Assembly (NCBI RefSeq): GCF_018350175.1
Contig: NC_058368.1
Span: 169,014,001 to 169,074,000 of the forward strand
From: Felis catus
Taxonomy: Eukaryota
Length of the DNA stretch: 60,000 nt
Reading direction: 5' to 3'
A program made the translations under genes and the position numbers. A model generated the notes under the pieces. It worked only from the letters and a program-made list of their open reading frames with translations. It was not told where the DNA came from and did no database searches. Positions 26,583 to 39,775 of this stretch are shown in pieces; position 1 is the stretch's first letter, and each line of letters opens with the position of its first letter.

Positions 26583-28529
26583 TGTGAAGAAAGGCAACCT
26601 TTGTACACTGTTGGTGGAAATATAGAGTAGCCACTATGAAAAACTATATGAAAAAAAATTCCTGAAAAAAATTAAAAATAGGACTACCATATCATAGCAT
26701 TTCCACTTCTGGTATTCATTTGAAGAAAAAGAAAACACTAACTCAAAGAGATATGTACACCCCCACGTTCATTGCAGCATTATTTACAATAGCTACAATA
26801 TGTAAACGAAGTGTCCACTGACAGATAAATGCGTAAAGAAAACTGTGGTATACATAGACAATGGGATATTATTCAGCCATAAAAAATAACACCTTGCCAT
26901 TTGCAACAACATGGATGGACCTTGAGCTCCTTAGGCTGAGTGAAACAAGTCAGAGAAAGACAAAATACCGTATGATCTCACTTTCATGTGAAATTTTTAA
27001 AGACAACCAAGGTCATAGAAACAGAGAACAGATTGGTGGTTGCCAGAAGTAAGGAATGGGTAAAATGGGTGAAGAGGGTCAAAAGGTCCAAATTTCTAGT
27101 TGTGAGATAAATAAATCATTGATATATAAAGCACAACATGGTGACTATAGTTAATAATACTGTATTGCACATTTGACAGTTGCTAAGGCAGTAAATCTTT
27201 AAAGTTTTCCTCACAAGAAAAAACAATTTTGTAACCAAGTATGGGAATGGATGTCAATTAGATTTACTGTATTGATCATTTTGCAATATATATAAATATT
27301 GAATTGTTATGTTGTACACCTGAAAGTAATATAATGTGTATCAGTTATGCCTCATTAAAATAAGCAGATAAATTAAAAATGTATTTTAAAATAAATTTAA
27401 ATTATCCAGCAAAACCAGGTTCAAGGTCAAGGTTACAGAATTAGGTTATTAACTTTCACTTCTGGAGCGTGATCTTGTTTTACGTACAACATGCCTTTCT
27501 TGATCTCTGCCCAGATACTGTCTTACAAAAAGAAAGAATTTGGCTCTGTATACCTTTTACTTTCTTCAAGAATTAATTTTGACTTGTAGTCATTGAATGA
27601 CTTTCATGAAAAGTATTAAATTACTGGATGGCAAACATGAAAAGAGTTGATATGCAGACAAGAAAACTAATCTTTCTACCAAACAGCATAGTAATTATGC
27701 TCTAGTAAGAAGGAAGCTAATTCACACAGCTGGAGGGGATCATCAGCAAGTACACACTAAACTCTGACGTAACAGCAGTTATCAAAGCACAGGCATACTC
27801 TCATTCTCGTTTCACTTCATTCAAGAAAGAGAAAAGGCCTTAAAGTAACCAGACATTTTTAGCAGAGGGGCATTTATAAACCTGGAGAGGCTGAGTTGAG
27901 GCAAGTAGCTCCCAAAGGGGATAGAGATTAAATCATTGAAGGATCCTTCTACACCACTGCAAATGGGGTTTCACTGTGGAAGTACATGCACTCTATGTAA
28001 AATTAAAATACAAAATTAAAAATACAAATATGTTGTGAAAATCTTTAAATTCTTAGCCTCTTGGGGAATGGAAAGGATTTTCCTGTTTCCCTCCTTGATT
28101 TCACATCTATCTCCAGAATGTATCATGTGCTTTTATCTCCATGCTTCTCTAGAAGACTACCAAAAAAGAAAAAAAAGAAAAAAAAAAAAAAACCCGAAGA
28201 GCTTAGCTCATGTAGCTCAGTAAAACAGGTGCACCAAGATATTTTGACAAAACAAGGCACCATGTAATTTAAAGAAGTTGTTTTTATCAGCCAGCTATGT
28301 TAATTCTACCCTATTCAAAATACACAGGAAAAAAATGTATTTTCCATAAATGAAACAGTGGAGAAAATGAGACTTTTAAGGATGTAGGAATATCTGTAAA
28401 TAGTGACAAGTAAAAAATTGAAGTTAAAAAACTTTCATTATTGCTTTTAGTCTGTTTATAATCTTAATGGAAAGAAAATAAGGCAGGCACAAGATAAAAT
28501 TGCAGAAATCTGACTTAATCTCCTAGGCA

Positions 28530-28533
<4 letters not shown>

Positions 28534-28579
<46 letters not shown>

Positions 28580-28606
28580 CACACACACACACACACACAC
28601 ATACAC
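28534..28606. repeat. Compound (TA)n(CA)n microsatellite
   Basis: Seen directly. Confidence 0.96.
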
Positions 28607-28834
28607 CATCCTTCTCATTTAGATACCACAGGGACAGTTAACCTCCGTACTGGCTAAATATTTGTTCTTGGTTGGGGTTAAGTGATTTGAAAGCTGGTTT
28701 TGTTAAACTAGCAGCCTGAAGGCTATTCATTTAGCTGGTAATGTTACTACTAGTCCTGGAAAGTAAAACTAGTGAAGAAATAAGATCATTAGTTACTGCA
28801 TTCCTTTGGTAAGTTTAAATATGCAAACATGTGA

Positions 28835-29089
<255 letters not shown>

Positions 29090-29454
29090 TGATAATGCTG
29101 TGTGTGGCTTTCCTAGAGGGGGGAAGGTATATACTACTTGGTGTAAACAGACAGCAGAGGTGGGATTAAATCTGCTTTTGTGCACGATGGATGGTGTGGC
29201 TCTTGTATAACAAAAACCAACAACAAAAACGTTTAAAGATTCCAACAGTCTACAATACACCTGTAGGCTTGTCTTCCATTCCCCCTGCCTGGCATGACGT
29301 CTGCGAGGGGGTGCCATTCACTGTCTTCAAGGAAAATAGTGTTCCTCAACCTCCTATTTTTTCTTCCGTTCCAAATAAACACCATCAATAGTATTGTAAA
29401 TTGAAGTGTAGTTAGACTTTAGAGAGAAGTTTTTGAAAGTTTTGTAACATTTCT

Positions 29455-29663
29455 TTTTTTTTTTTTAATGTTTGTTTATTTTTGAGAGAGACTGCACAAG
29501 CAGGGGAGGGGCAGAGAGAGAGAGGGAGACACAGAATCCGAAGCAGGCTCCAGGTTCTGAGCTATCAGCACAGAGCCCAGTGTGGAGCTCAAACTCACCA
29601 ACTGTGAGATCATGATCTGAGCCAAAGTCAAACGCTTAACCTACTAGGCCACCCGGGTGGCCC
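29455..29663 (-). mobile_element. CAN-SINE in the last FER intron
   Basis: TSD aaagttt(t/c)gtaacatttct at 29436-29454 and 29666-29684. Confidence 0.95.
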
Positions 29664-30421
29664 TAAAAGTTTCGTAACATTTCTGAAAAAATCATACGGG
29701 TTCTCAAATCAGAAACAGGAATAAGCCGGTGATGGTGACATGCTAGCATGGACTTGCATAGTCTACAGGTCTCAACAGCGAGAATGCTTTTGACAAACTG
29801 GTAATGTCCTAGCATTAGGCCCCTCTCCAGGAGGCTGGGCACAGGGGGCCTTTCCAGCTCCCTTCTTTCCTCTCACAGCCATCTAACTCCCTGAGCTAAC
29901 ACACACAGGCACATGCGTGCTGCTGAGCACACTGCCAGACAGCTTTGAATTAAAGATTCTTCTCGGGCTGCGCAGGAATAGAACTCCTCTTCATTTTTCT
30001 TTCACTTTTAAATTAGTGTTTATGAAATCCTCATTCTCTCTTCATCTTCAAAAACCTGGACCGTGTAGATGGTTTTTTAAAACTCTGCCCACAGCAGCTA
30101 AAAGCAAATTCTAAAAGCAAAAGCAAATACTTAGAGAAACTAAAATACATGTTTGTATGTGATTTATCTTACCTCAGACTTTGTGACAAATGAACGCATG
30201 AAAAATAACCTATTCAAGCTAGAAGATAATTTGATGGCTCTGTAATACTGAATTCTGCATCCCTTGTAGAAAAAAAAAAAGTTTGCCCTGAAATGGGTTT
30301 TTGTTTCTGTTTCACTTACAATATAAAGTATTCAAGTTTCCAAGCTGCATAATGCCCTGTGTGAACATTTGTATCTTCTCTCCATTCTAAATTCTCTGTT
30401 CTGTTCCTCTTGGGTCTTCAG

Positions 30422-30567
30422 GATACCGAATGTCAGCCCCTCAGCATTGCCCAGAGGACATTTTTAAAATTATGATGAAGTGTTGGGATTATAAACCTGA
30501 AAACCGTCCCAAGTTCAGTGACCTTCAGAAAGAGCTGGCTGTCATCAAGAGGAAAATCACACAGTGA
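30422..30567 (+). CDS. FER: FER tyrosine kinase, coding part of terminal exon with stop codon
   Basis: Long pyrimidine tract ending tcttcAG, then (G)[47 protein letters not shown] and TGA at 30565-30567. CW...P..RP.F is subdomain XI. Phase matches (G|GA). Confidence 0.96.
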
Positions 30568-31392
30568 CGGACCAGTGCCAACAGGCTTCAGGACCTGGTC
30601 CTCCAGCAGAGTGACATTGTTCTTCTTGTTACGTTGAGTTTATACCACATTACCTGCAACAATTTTCTAAGGTGGTTTTTGTTATTAACTGTTTTTTAAA
30701 TATGCGCCACTTACAAAAAAAGGGTGGGGGGGAGGGCAAAGGCAAATGTATTCAAGAGACAGACACTCTTACCAAGGGCTTTATGTGCTCACCACAGCAA
30801 TCCTGCCATTTCAGGCCATTGTAAATAGATAAGCACAGACTCTCAGTGTGAGGGAAGGTCAGAGCTTTTTCACACCAGGACCACTGATGTTTCTCAAAGG
30901 TTCTCTACTTCAGGCACAGTTCATGGGCCACTGTCCTATGCCACTGACCCTACTCAATCGGTGCTAAAAGCAGCATTGGTGACGCCATGTTCGCAGGATA
31001 CATTCCAACCAAAGGTGGCTCTTTGCTCTGCCAAGGCAAGATTCTATTTGTAAACATCATTTTATATTGGGAATTAGTTGGACCTCTTAGGGTTTTTTTC
31101 TTTTCTTTCTTGGCCAGAAATAAGTGCAGTGTGAGCAGCATCACACTCCTGTATTATTAGTAAGGTAGTCATTTCCCAGCTCCTTTGTCCTGGCTTTGGA
31201 CAGTGATGCACAAGATGTTCCCAGAGAACACAGTCTTAGGCCTGAAGCAGCAGCTTTTATAGGCTGTTTTTGAGAGTCGTGCATGAAGGAAGCTTGAATG
31301 GGAGGGAGGTCTGGAGGAAGGAGCAGCTAGACTAGCAATCTAAGACAAGAGGAAAATAGAAAATCTGCCTTCTGATCAGAGTTATGCCTTTA

Positions 31393-31427
<35 letters not shown>

Positions 31428-34400
31428 TTTATGATCTAAATTCACAAGAAAAGTTCTAAGGAATGTTTTTCAGAAGTTCATAGTTGGAGATTTCTTAATG
31501 GCAACAAAAAACTGTTTCGAGAAACTCCGAAGCACAAGTCCACAGTAATCACAGCCTACTTTTGGTTATTTACCTTCACCTCAGAGGAGGCATCCTGGAA
31601 TTGCACTCCCTTCGCTTGTGTCAGTTTCCAGGGCTGAAAGAATTTCATGATTCTAGTCCATAAACATATTTGTGTGTGTACACACATGAACATGTGCTAT
31701 ACACACATACACACACACACACACAACCAATAAGCAGGAGCAACAGTTAATAAGTTGAGGGACAGCCCTCCTGTTCCCCTTCCCCCTTCATTTACCCTTA
31801 TAATGCTACCTGGAAATCCTTATCTTAGCTGACAGGTATGCAAGCACAGTTCCGGAGATGCTTCCTGTGCATAATATGTGACACAGAATTAAAAGCAAGA
31901 TTCTGTCTGGCTGAATGTTAGCTACATCCAGGGAAGCTACCCCATGTTGTGTAAATAGTTGCCGCTCAGGATAAATATGTGTGTAAGAGATGGTCACTCT
32001 CAGGGGTCAGTGCGGCTTGGGAGCTTTTAATAAGTGCCCAGGCCTGTGTCCAGATAAATAGCACCTTAGTGATCATTTGATTATATCCATTGGAAGAGCT
32101 TATAGAAGAGAAAATTCCTCCTGCCCTCTCTGGCTGTCCACTGCCTATGAAGATCATGGCACAGAACCCGTACTTTAAAGAGTATAAAGGATAATACTGA
32201 AGAGAAGAAAATGGCTTGTGTCTATCATTTCAATTTCCTTGCAAGTTTCATACACATTTAATAGTTACTACATCCAGACTAAAACAAAAGCATAATAAAC
32301 TTGCCCTCAAAAATACACTGCAATATACAAAGCAACTTTTTAAAAGTCAGCATTGTCTTCCCTTCTGTCAAATATGATAAGTAAATGGAAGCTTCTTTTG
32401 ATGGCATATACTGTGGCAAATCAAAGCACAGACTCATTAATTAAGTGCTGTGGTCTTCAGGCACTTGCCAGCCTTCAAAAGAGTAAGATGGGACATTTTT
32501 ACCCTTTGTCAGTATTTCCAAATGAATCTCTTCATAATATTCTTTGTTTGAAGAAAACAGCCTCTCAGCACTTAGCAGCCTCAGTGCTAAGCTCTCAGCA
32601 AGGAGAGAGAATGACGGTTTTGGCTTTAATTTTGTGAACAAGACCCGAAGCTTAATCTTTGCATTCTGGTGTAAAGAATGAACATGGCATTGATATTTCA
32701 CTCATCCAGGCTGTTAGAATTTGCAATTCACATCATAACTCTGTGCTTAAATTAAAGAAGCTTTTCAAAACATCGTGACATCTGCAGCATTTAAATTCTA
32801 TTTTATTCTTTGTCCCAAAGCAGGCAGTGGTATAGTTCAGGATTAATAACACATTGGGAGTCTTTCAGGATCAGTTGTACAGAATATTAAATTTAATATA
32901 GGCACATGCATTAAGAAAAACTTATGCAAACCATTTTTTTTACTGTTAATTTTGTTGTGCTTGGAGCATAATTTATTCATCCCTTCTGTCACTGATAATT
33001 ATTGGAATTATGTACTTTAGGAGGCTAATCCATACCCAGAAAGCACACATATAAATACTGTTCTGAATTTGCAAGTTGATGGAGGGAAAGAAGGCTTAAG
33101 AAATGCACAAAACCCTGTAACTTGTTTAGTAAGAAAACAGTAACCAAAATTGCCACTAGATGGAATGTAATTAAGCCAGGTCACAAATCTGTGTTGTTAA
33201 TGGATTTTCCAGGAGTTGAATCTATCATTCCTATACAGTTCCTGTCATAATTCCTTCAATTTATGAGCACGAAGTGGGGGAGGGGGGACATAAAAGCCCA
33301 GGCATCCTGATTCGCCCGCATTTTTCTGTCTTGAATCACTAAGGAAACTTTATGACAAATATTTAGGTAGTTCATCATTTTTCAGGAAAACAAATCTTCT
33401 AGTGTTAAATTAACATTTATTACCAATATTTGAAACCTAAAATTAATTTTGTATTCCATACAATCTAAGGTTATTTCTCAAAGCCAATATGTTTTCTCTT
33501 CCAGGAAGATAATAATAAAGGATTAATAGGTTTTGTGTAAACTTTTAAAACCAGAGGCCTCATTTCAGCCCATCCTGCCACTGAGTCTCCAGTGAAAGGT
33601 CTCAAGCAATCATTTGTTTTTTGCCTCCCAAATTTAAAACAGGCAATAAAGTTCTTCATCCATAATTCACCATTTTATCACAAATACAATATTATTGAAA
33701 CATCTTAACTAGCAGATCAATATAGACCATGAACCTAACTGTACTAGCTGTTGTTCAGTGCACATTTCACAACTGTTTTTCATTTGTAGGTTATGTTTAG
33801 AAGAAAAGCTATTGAAATAGTTTTAATTTCCTTTAAGCCACAATACAGTTTTCCCATCTGTGTTCTAATCCTATTTTGGTTTTGCCATATAGTTTTATAT
33901 AAAGTTTGGCTAATACCACTAAAATAACTACGTGAGATTGTGTCAAGAAGAAAGGGTTTTCGTTATAATGTATGCCCCACACTGAGCACCTAGTTAGTGG
34001 GATAAACATACAAATTACAACGCAAAACTCGATGACAGAACACTGCTGTCATTCAGAATTATCTCAGGCACTCCACTTGAACATGAATTCATGCGAGTCA
34101 TCAGATGTTCTGGGAGTGTTCCTGCCAGCCTTAGTTAGTATTCTCTGTGGACACTATTTTGTGGTCATGGGTTGTCTGAGAGGAGATTGATATCATCTGA
34201 AAAGAGGCTCCCTGCCTCAGCCCTCTTCTTTTTTACACATACTCCCTGGATCACACCACTGGTACTTTAGATGTTTCTTATCAACAGAACTGATTGTCCA
34301 TAAGCACTGTTCTGAGTCATGTAAAGACTGACTTCTGTATTTAGGTCAGAACCCTCACACAAAACACAGAATAGCACAAAACAAAAAGAGCATCCAAGGG

Positions 34401-37400
34401 GGAGACATTGAAAACAACCCGTCTTCTTTATGTATTAATATGTTAATTAAATGGAAACAAAGATTTTATATAAAAATGAGTTTATATTACATTTCCATTA
34501 TACTATTAAGTTAGCATGAAAGTTTACCATTAAAATAAAGTTACCTCTTTTATTACTAACTCTGATTTGCTTATGCATACCAGAAAATTTTTATTAAATA
34601 TTTTAATTTTATTTATTTTTCTCTGTTTCAATTAGTTTCACATCAAATCTGATGCTATATTATTTGGGAGAATCCAGAACTGCATATTCATTTCTGCACA
34701 GGAAAATACTCATGTACAAGATCATCTCCTTGAAGGAGGTACTGATAGTCTTGAGTCCTATAAAATTCTCCTTTCAAGAATAATGCTATAATACCGAAGG
34801 TATATAAACTATATATCTCAGTCATAATTCAATTTAAGGAAATATTTATTACCCCTTGAAAACCAGTCTACGGCCTCCTATTGATTCAAAGATTAAATTC
34901 TGGATCGTTGAGTATAGACATGAAGACTCACTTAGCTCACTAATAAGAACTGAGAGTCTTGGCTGGTAGAAGAATCCTGCTGAACTAAATTCCGGTCACT
35001 TTAAACTGCATAGAAGTAATGAGCATAGGCTTTAGTATGTCCGTGAATAAGGAGCTGAGGTGAGCATCTGCAAAGGCAAGAGAGGAAAGAGCCAGTTATT
35101 CTCAGGCAGAATGATGCAGCGGCTAACAGAGAGTGCGGAGTTGAGTCAAGCAGAATGGAGACCTGGACAGTGTCACTAGAAAGTCTGAGACCAGTGCCCC
35201 TAGGCTAGATGCTTCTCCACAGAAAATTCAAAAGATATCGGAGTCAAAAGAAGCAAAAGAGGTCACCTACCAGTGTGTACAGGGCCTTAGTTTGAGCAAA
35301 GCGAACACCTCTCCCTTGCATTTGGAGCAGTTTTACATGCGGAACTCAGAGATGATGCTGCTTGGGTGACACCTGCATTCATGGTCTTGCTGACTAGGAT
35401 TTGGTCATAGATGTTCACACATTTCAAAGACACTACTCAAAGTCTCTTTACATTTGCATTAGTTGTATTTACTATGTATTTAAACTAAGGCCACTGAGTA
35501 TTCATACTTTGTATGAATTTCAAAGTATCTCATACTTTGTTAGAAATCCTTAGTTGCAACAGGGCGTGGTCTCCTAAAAGAGAGCACACTTGGATCAGCC
35601 GTGTTTCACCTTTTGACTAATGTTCACTAATTGGCTCCTGGAGTTATGCCCTGAGGGACCTTCCTGGGAGGAGCTCTACTCTGGAAAAACAAGGAATTCA
35701 GCAGGGAAGTCGGAAAATGCCAATTAAACGGCAATGTTTCTTGTCTTAGTACTAGTAACGTTTGAGGGAAAAGAATCTTAGAGACATCCTCAAGCCAGTC
35801 ATGGTGCAGTACGGCTGAGGTGACACAGAGGCAGTGAAAGAGACTCCCAAAACCGAGACTGAAGGCTAACCTTCCAAAGAATAAATACAACATCAATAAG
35901 AGAGGGCCTCCAAAGGGGGGTGTGAGGGGCTTCCTGCAGCATGTTATTAAACATTACATTCCTCTCAAGTCTCTACAACATTTCTTAAAGGACACTGAAT
36001 TGGATATTGATGTGATTTTCTTTTATGCTCCTGCTAATCTCAGGAGGTAGCCACTGAGGAATGGGAATTACCCTAGCCCGGGGTTTCCAGTAAGGCTGCA
36101 GACTGGATGGCAGCTCAGTCCTCTCCCAAAGCAACACGCGTATGCGTGGGGTAGGCAGCACTGGAGGAACACTGCTGGGAAAGCGCCTTTTTAGTTTATT
36201 AAAGAAATCTTGTAGTAGGTGTCTGTGCCCACAATGTGAAGATTTAGCTTCTCTCCTCGCCAGCAAACTTGTAAGAACCCTGAAACATGAATATTTATTT
36301 TATTCTAAATAGATTCAAATTCGGAATTTCCAAACTATCTTCCAAAACATTACGAGTGAGTGAGACCAGCAGATTCAAGTGTTCTACAAAGCAGTGTTCG
36401 AAGTGTTAGTAATGACCGTGGTAGCAGAATCTTCTAGTATGTTTTCTGTCAGCTTTATTCATTTAGGAAGCTTTCCCTGAACATCTGCCATGTCAGGCAC
36501 AGGGAACTGTGTGGGGTGCTTTCTCTTGTTTGTTTGTTTGTTGTTGTTGTTTTTAAATTTCAGTTGGTATTTCCTTTTCTCACATTCAGTTTCTTAATCC
36601 TTACTTAACCACAACAGAAAAGCCTTTATCATCAGCTTTTATTGGATAGTGTCATAACTGCCCTAGACCAAAGAGTTTCTCCACAGGTGCTCAGGAGGCC
36701 CTGCCTTGTAGGGAACTCCCAGGCATCCATTTACCAAGGCCAACTGCACACCCACTATGGGAGAGGCCCCATGGTACGTGCAGCTTAGAATACAGCTTAG
36801 TTGTTGTCCTTGTGGCAGAGACAGGACAGTTAGGTGGCAGTTGTGTTTGATGAGTAATACTATCTTGGAGATTAAAAAATCTCTTGGGAGATTTTTCCCA
36901 GGACACACAGACCACTGTGAGCAGGCGTGTCCAGGGAAGCAGCCTGTTGACTTGGCCAAGTAAGCTCCTTAAGTGATCTACCTGCCTCCAAAGAAATGTT
37001 AAAACAATAGCAATGATCACTTTATCTTAAACCCCTGGACATATTCAGTTTTTCCATTCCTCTCTTTCATGCCAATAATTTTTGTCACTTTCTTCACATT
37101 CCTCATCAGTAAATGTCTAAAGTTACCAACTGTGCAATGTTAAAGAGTTTCTCCATAGATTCAGAAAAGAGAGTAGCAAACATGAAGTTGAGAATAAGGC
37201 GACCTACCTAGATACACAGTCCCAATAGCATCACTGTGTTAAAACCTCAGCTCTACTCTACACATGCCCCAAAGCAGCACCTCTCCTAAAAAAAGCCAAA
37301 CATCACACCTTTCTCCCATTTGCTGAGAACATCTTTAATATCAGAATAAGATGCAGAATCAGAACACTGTAGATGCTATCCAAAGCAGATTCTAAAATGA

Positions 37401-39740
37401 CATACTAAGAAGCCAGACTTTAGTCATCAGACAACAGAAATACCACTTCACCCTATATGCTCACTTAAAACACCCTTGCAAAAACTACAACCATGTAGGC
37501 AATCCATCTGGTCATAGGAGATCCTACCTTATTTTGAAAGCATATGACACATATCCACGGGAAATGACAATGTTCTGAGCAGCACAGGGTAAGGGTAAAG
37601 AAGGCCACAAAAACAAATCCCAATTCCCACATTGGAGCAGCAGAACTTTGTGTATGAAAAATGAAGTGTAGGAGTCCAAACTCTCACTGTTGTCTTCTTA
37701 TAGCTCTTGTCAAACTGTTACAAATTTGGGGTCTTTTGAGTTGCCTGAACAATCTTTATGAAGATGAAACCTGTCCGCCCCCTAAACGGGGGCTCAAATT
37801 TCTAAGTGCCCTGGACTCAAAACTTTAGGGTCTAAGAGGGGATCTGGAATCTATTATCACTGAGATCCCAGGCAAAAGGACCACCCTAGCAGTCTTCGCC
37901 AGCTCACCAATCCATGCTTTTGTTCTTTTTTCAATACAGAAGGGGAAAAAAATAAAAAGAAAAACACCCTATTATGTAGGAATTTTCCTTTCACAAATAA
38001 CTTGACTTGCAGAAATAAATTTGCCTGCCTGCTCTTAAGAAATGCCAGACTGCCATAAGGAAATGCAAAGGGCATTGTGCCCAGACGATGCTTAGTATGA
38101 CTGTGAATGTTTTCTCCTAACCCAAAGTACTGCAGACTTCTCGTAGACTACAGGATGCTTTGAAGGCCCATGCCCTGCCAGTCTGAATTGCTCTGCTGTA
38201 GCTTCAAGCAAAAGACCATTTCCAACAGAACTGAACTTATTTGCTATAATTCTTCTTCGGGTGCTAAGCCTTTCACACGTGCAATGTACAGAAAATATAC
38301 ATGTTTTAATGGAACTTACTATTTTGGCTTTAGAGAAAAAGAGATTGGTTCCCCATAGCAAGTATCCTACCGTTCTAAATCCAACCCCGGGTATAGATTT
38401 TGAGGGTCAAATCAAAATCACAGATAAAGAGAAGCTAGTAAGGAAAAATCTTGGTTATTTTAAATTTGTGACCAAAGTGGCCAAAGATGTGAAACTCCTT
38501 TTCACTTGATGAACATTTCACTTCACCATATGAAATGTCAGTTACCCAATACCATCCTGTGACATAATCAGACTCTCAACTATGGGCCAATGGCCAGGAG
38601 CACACTTTTCATGGACTCTTACCATTTTCCTTCAGGGAGTATTGAGATTTCTCACTGAAATAGCTTTGTTAGCCAGACATCTATAGACTTCGTATTTATG
38701 TTTAAATACCTTAGATGGCCTAATTAAGCACCATGAGTATAATGGGGGCTGGTAGGGGTGTGAATTCTGCTGAATTTATGTTATGGCTTTCTTTTGTGTG
38801 TGTTTTTCTTGGTGTGGTCTGGTGAGTACCCTAGAAGGTTGGAACTCTCCCAAGTCATAGCCATACAACCACATAGGGTTAGGAAAAGCCAGATAAATGC
38901 AGGAGAATAAAATCAAGTTGTCAAAGTCCCAAGAACAGCCCTGACTTCTTCAGGAACCCAAACAAATTGAAAGCAAAGATGAAATGTACAAATGGTACCC
39001 AGGCCATTTGTGGGTAGCCCACTGGACTAAGGCGCTGCCATTTTCTGGGCACAGGTCCACAGTGAGTGGTTTCAGGAATGCGATTTTCTGGGTTGCTTCC
39101 TCTCCCCTTTGGACAGATGATTTTGAGATGACGGGGTCAGAGTGGGGCCTGCCCTCAGCCCCCCCCCCCCCCACCAAGGTTTAGATGTTCCATCTGCAAG
39201 CATCACTTTGAGCAAAGTACTCCTGTGGTTTCCCAAGTTTCCTTTTAGTGCCAATATTATCAGGTTAAAGCACCTTTAGTCTTTTCTGTTGCTGTTTTAA
39301 AATAATTTATTTGTGAAGTGGATACAAGAAACACTGGAAATAGGGTGCTTCTTATAAAAAAGTTCAAGTGTAAAACATACAGACAAGGCCTTTGGTGAGT
39401 TTATCTGGCTTTGTAAACAAGTCTGAGAATGAATGACAGCTAAAGATATAAAGCAGTTAGTTGTCTTTTACCATTTTTAACTCAGATCTGTATTTAACAC
39501 TTATTTATTTGTTAGTTTTTACATTCAGAAGAAATACACTTTCCACTTTGGCTAACATTGTAGAATGTTTTTCATTTGTCTTCTGTTTTTTTAAAACATG
39601 ATTTCATCATTTTTGTAAACTTAGACCATTTTTGAATAGCCTTTTTCTTTTCCAGTAGCCCAAGTACCACTCATTGGTCTTCAGAACCTTTCTTTTTTAC
39701 TGTATTCTTTTAATAAATGTAAAATATTTGTAGCAAACTG
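30568..39740 (+). other. FER: Probable long (~9.2 kb) FER 3' UTR
   Basis: Follows the stop codon. No CAN-SINE or L1 over 9 kb in an otherwise repeat-dense window. Ends in an AU-rich block with AATAAA. The end point is inferred, not seen directly. Confidence 0.65.
31396..31426. repeat. (CA)n microsatellite in the putative 3' UTR
   Basis: Seen directly. Confidence 0.95.
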
Positions 39741-39775
39741 TGCCATGTCTTGTTTAATCTTTCCGTCGTGTTTAT
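39712..39775 (+). terminator. Probable distal polyadenylation signal of FER
   Basis: AATAAA at 39712-39717, preceded by U-rich and TGTA elements (ttttttactgtattctttt) and followed about 25-55 nt later by GU/U-rich sequence (tgtgccatgtcttgttt..gtcgtgttt). Confidence 0.65.

Larger units (their letters stand above)
13017..27398 (+). mobile_element. Full-length decayed L1 (outer element), sense to FER, containing a nested L1 and six SINEs
   Basis: 5' end gaggttctggttcaagatgac (decayed YY1 motif), GC-rich 5' UTR, ORF1 relic ~15050-16150, ORF2 endonuclease relic (SVNRLNSP..CCLQETH) from ~16650, FADD at ~18952, A-rich tail. TSD aaatta(c/t)ccagc at 13005-13016 and 27399-27410 at a TT/AAAA site. Confidence 0.92.

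Noticed and set aside
13017..27398. Active L1 or domesticated L1 ORF
   Set aside because: ORF1 and ORF2 of both elements are broken by many stops, frameshifts and SINE insertions.
31000..31007. miR-1/206 8-mer seed match ACATTCCA in the putative UTR
   Set aside because: A single 8-mer in 9 kb is not meaningful without conservation data.
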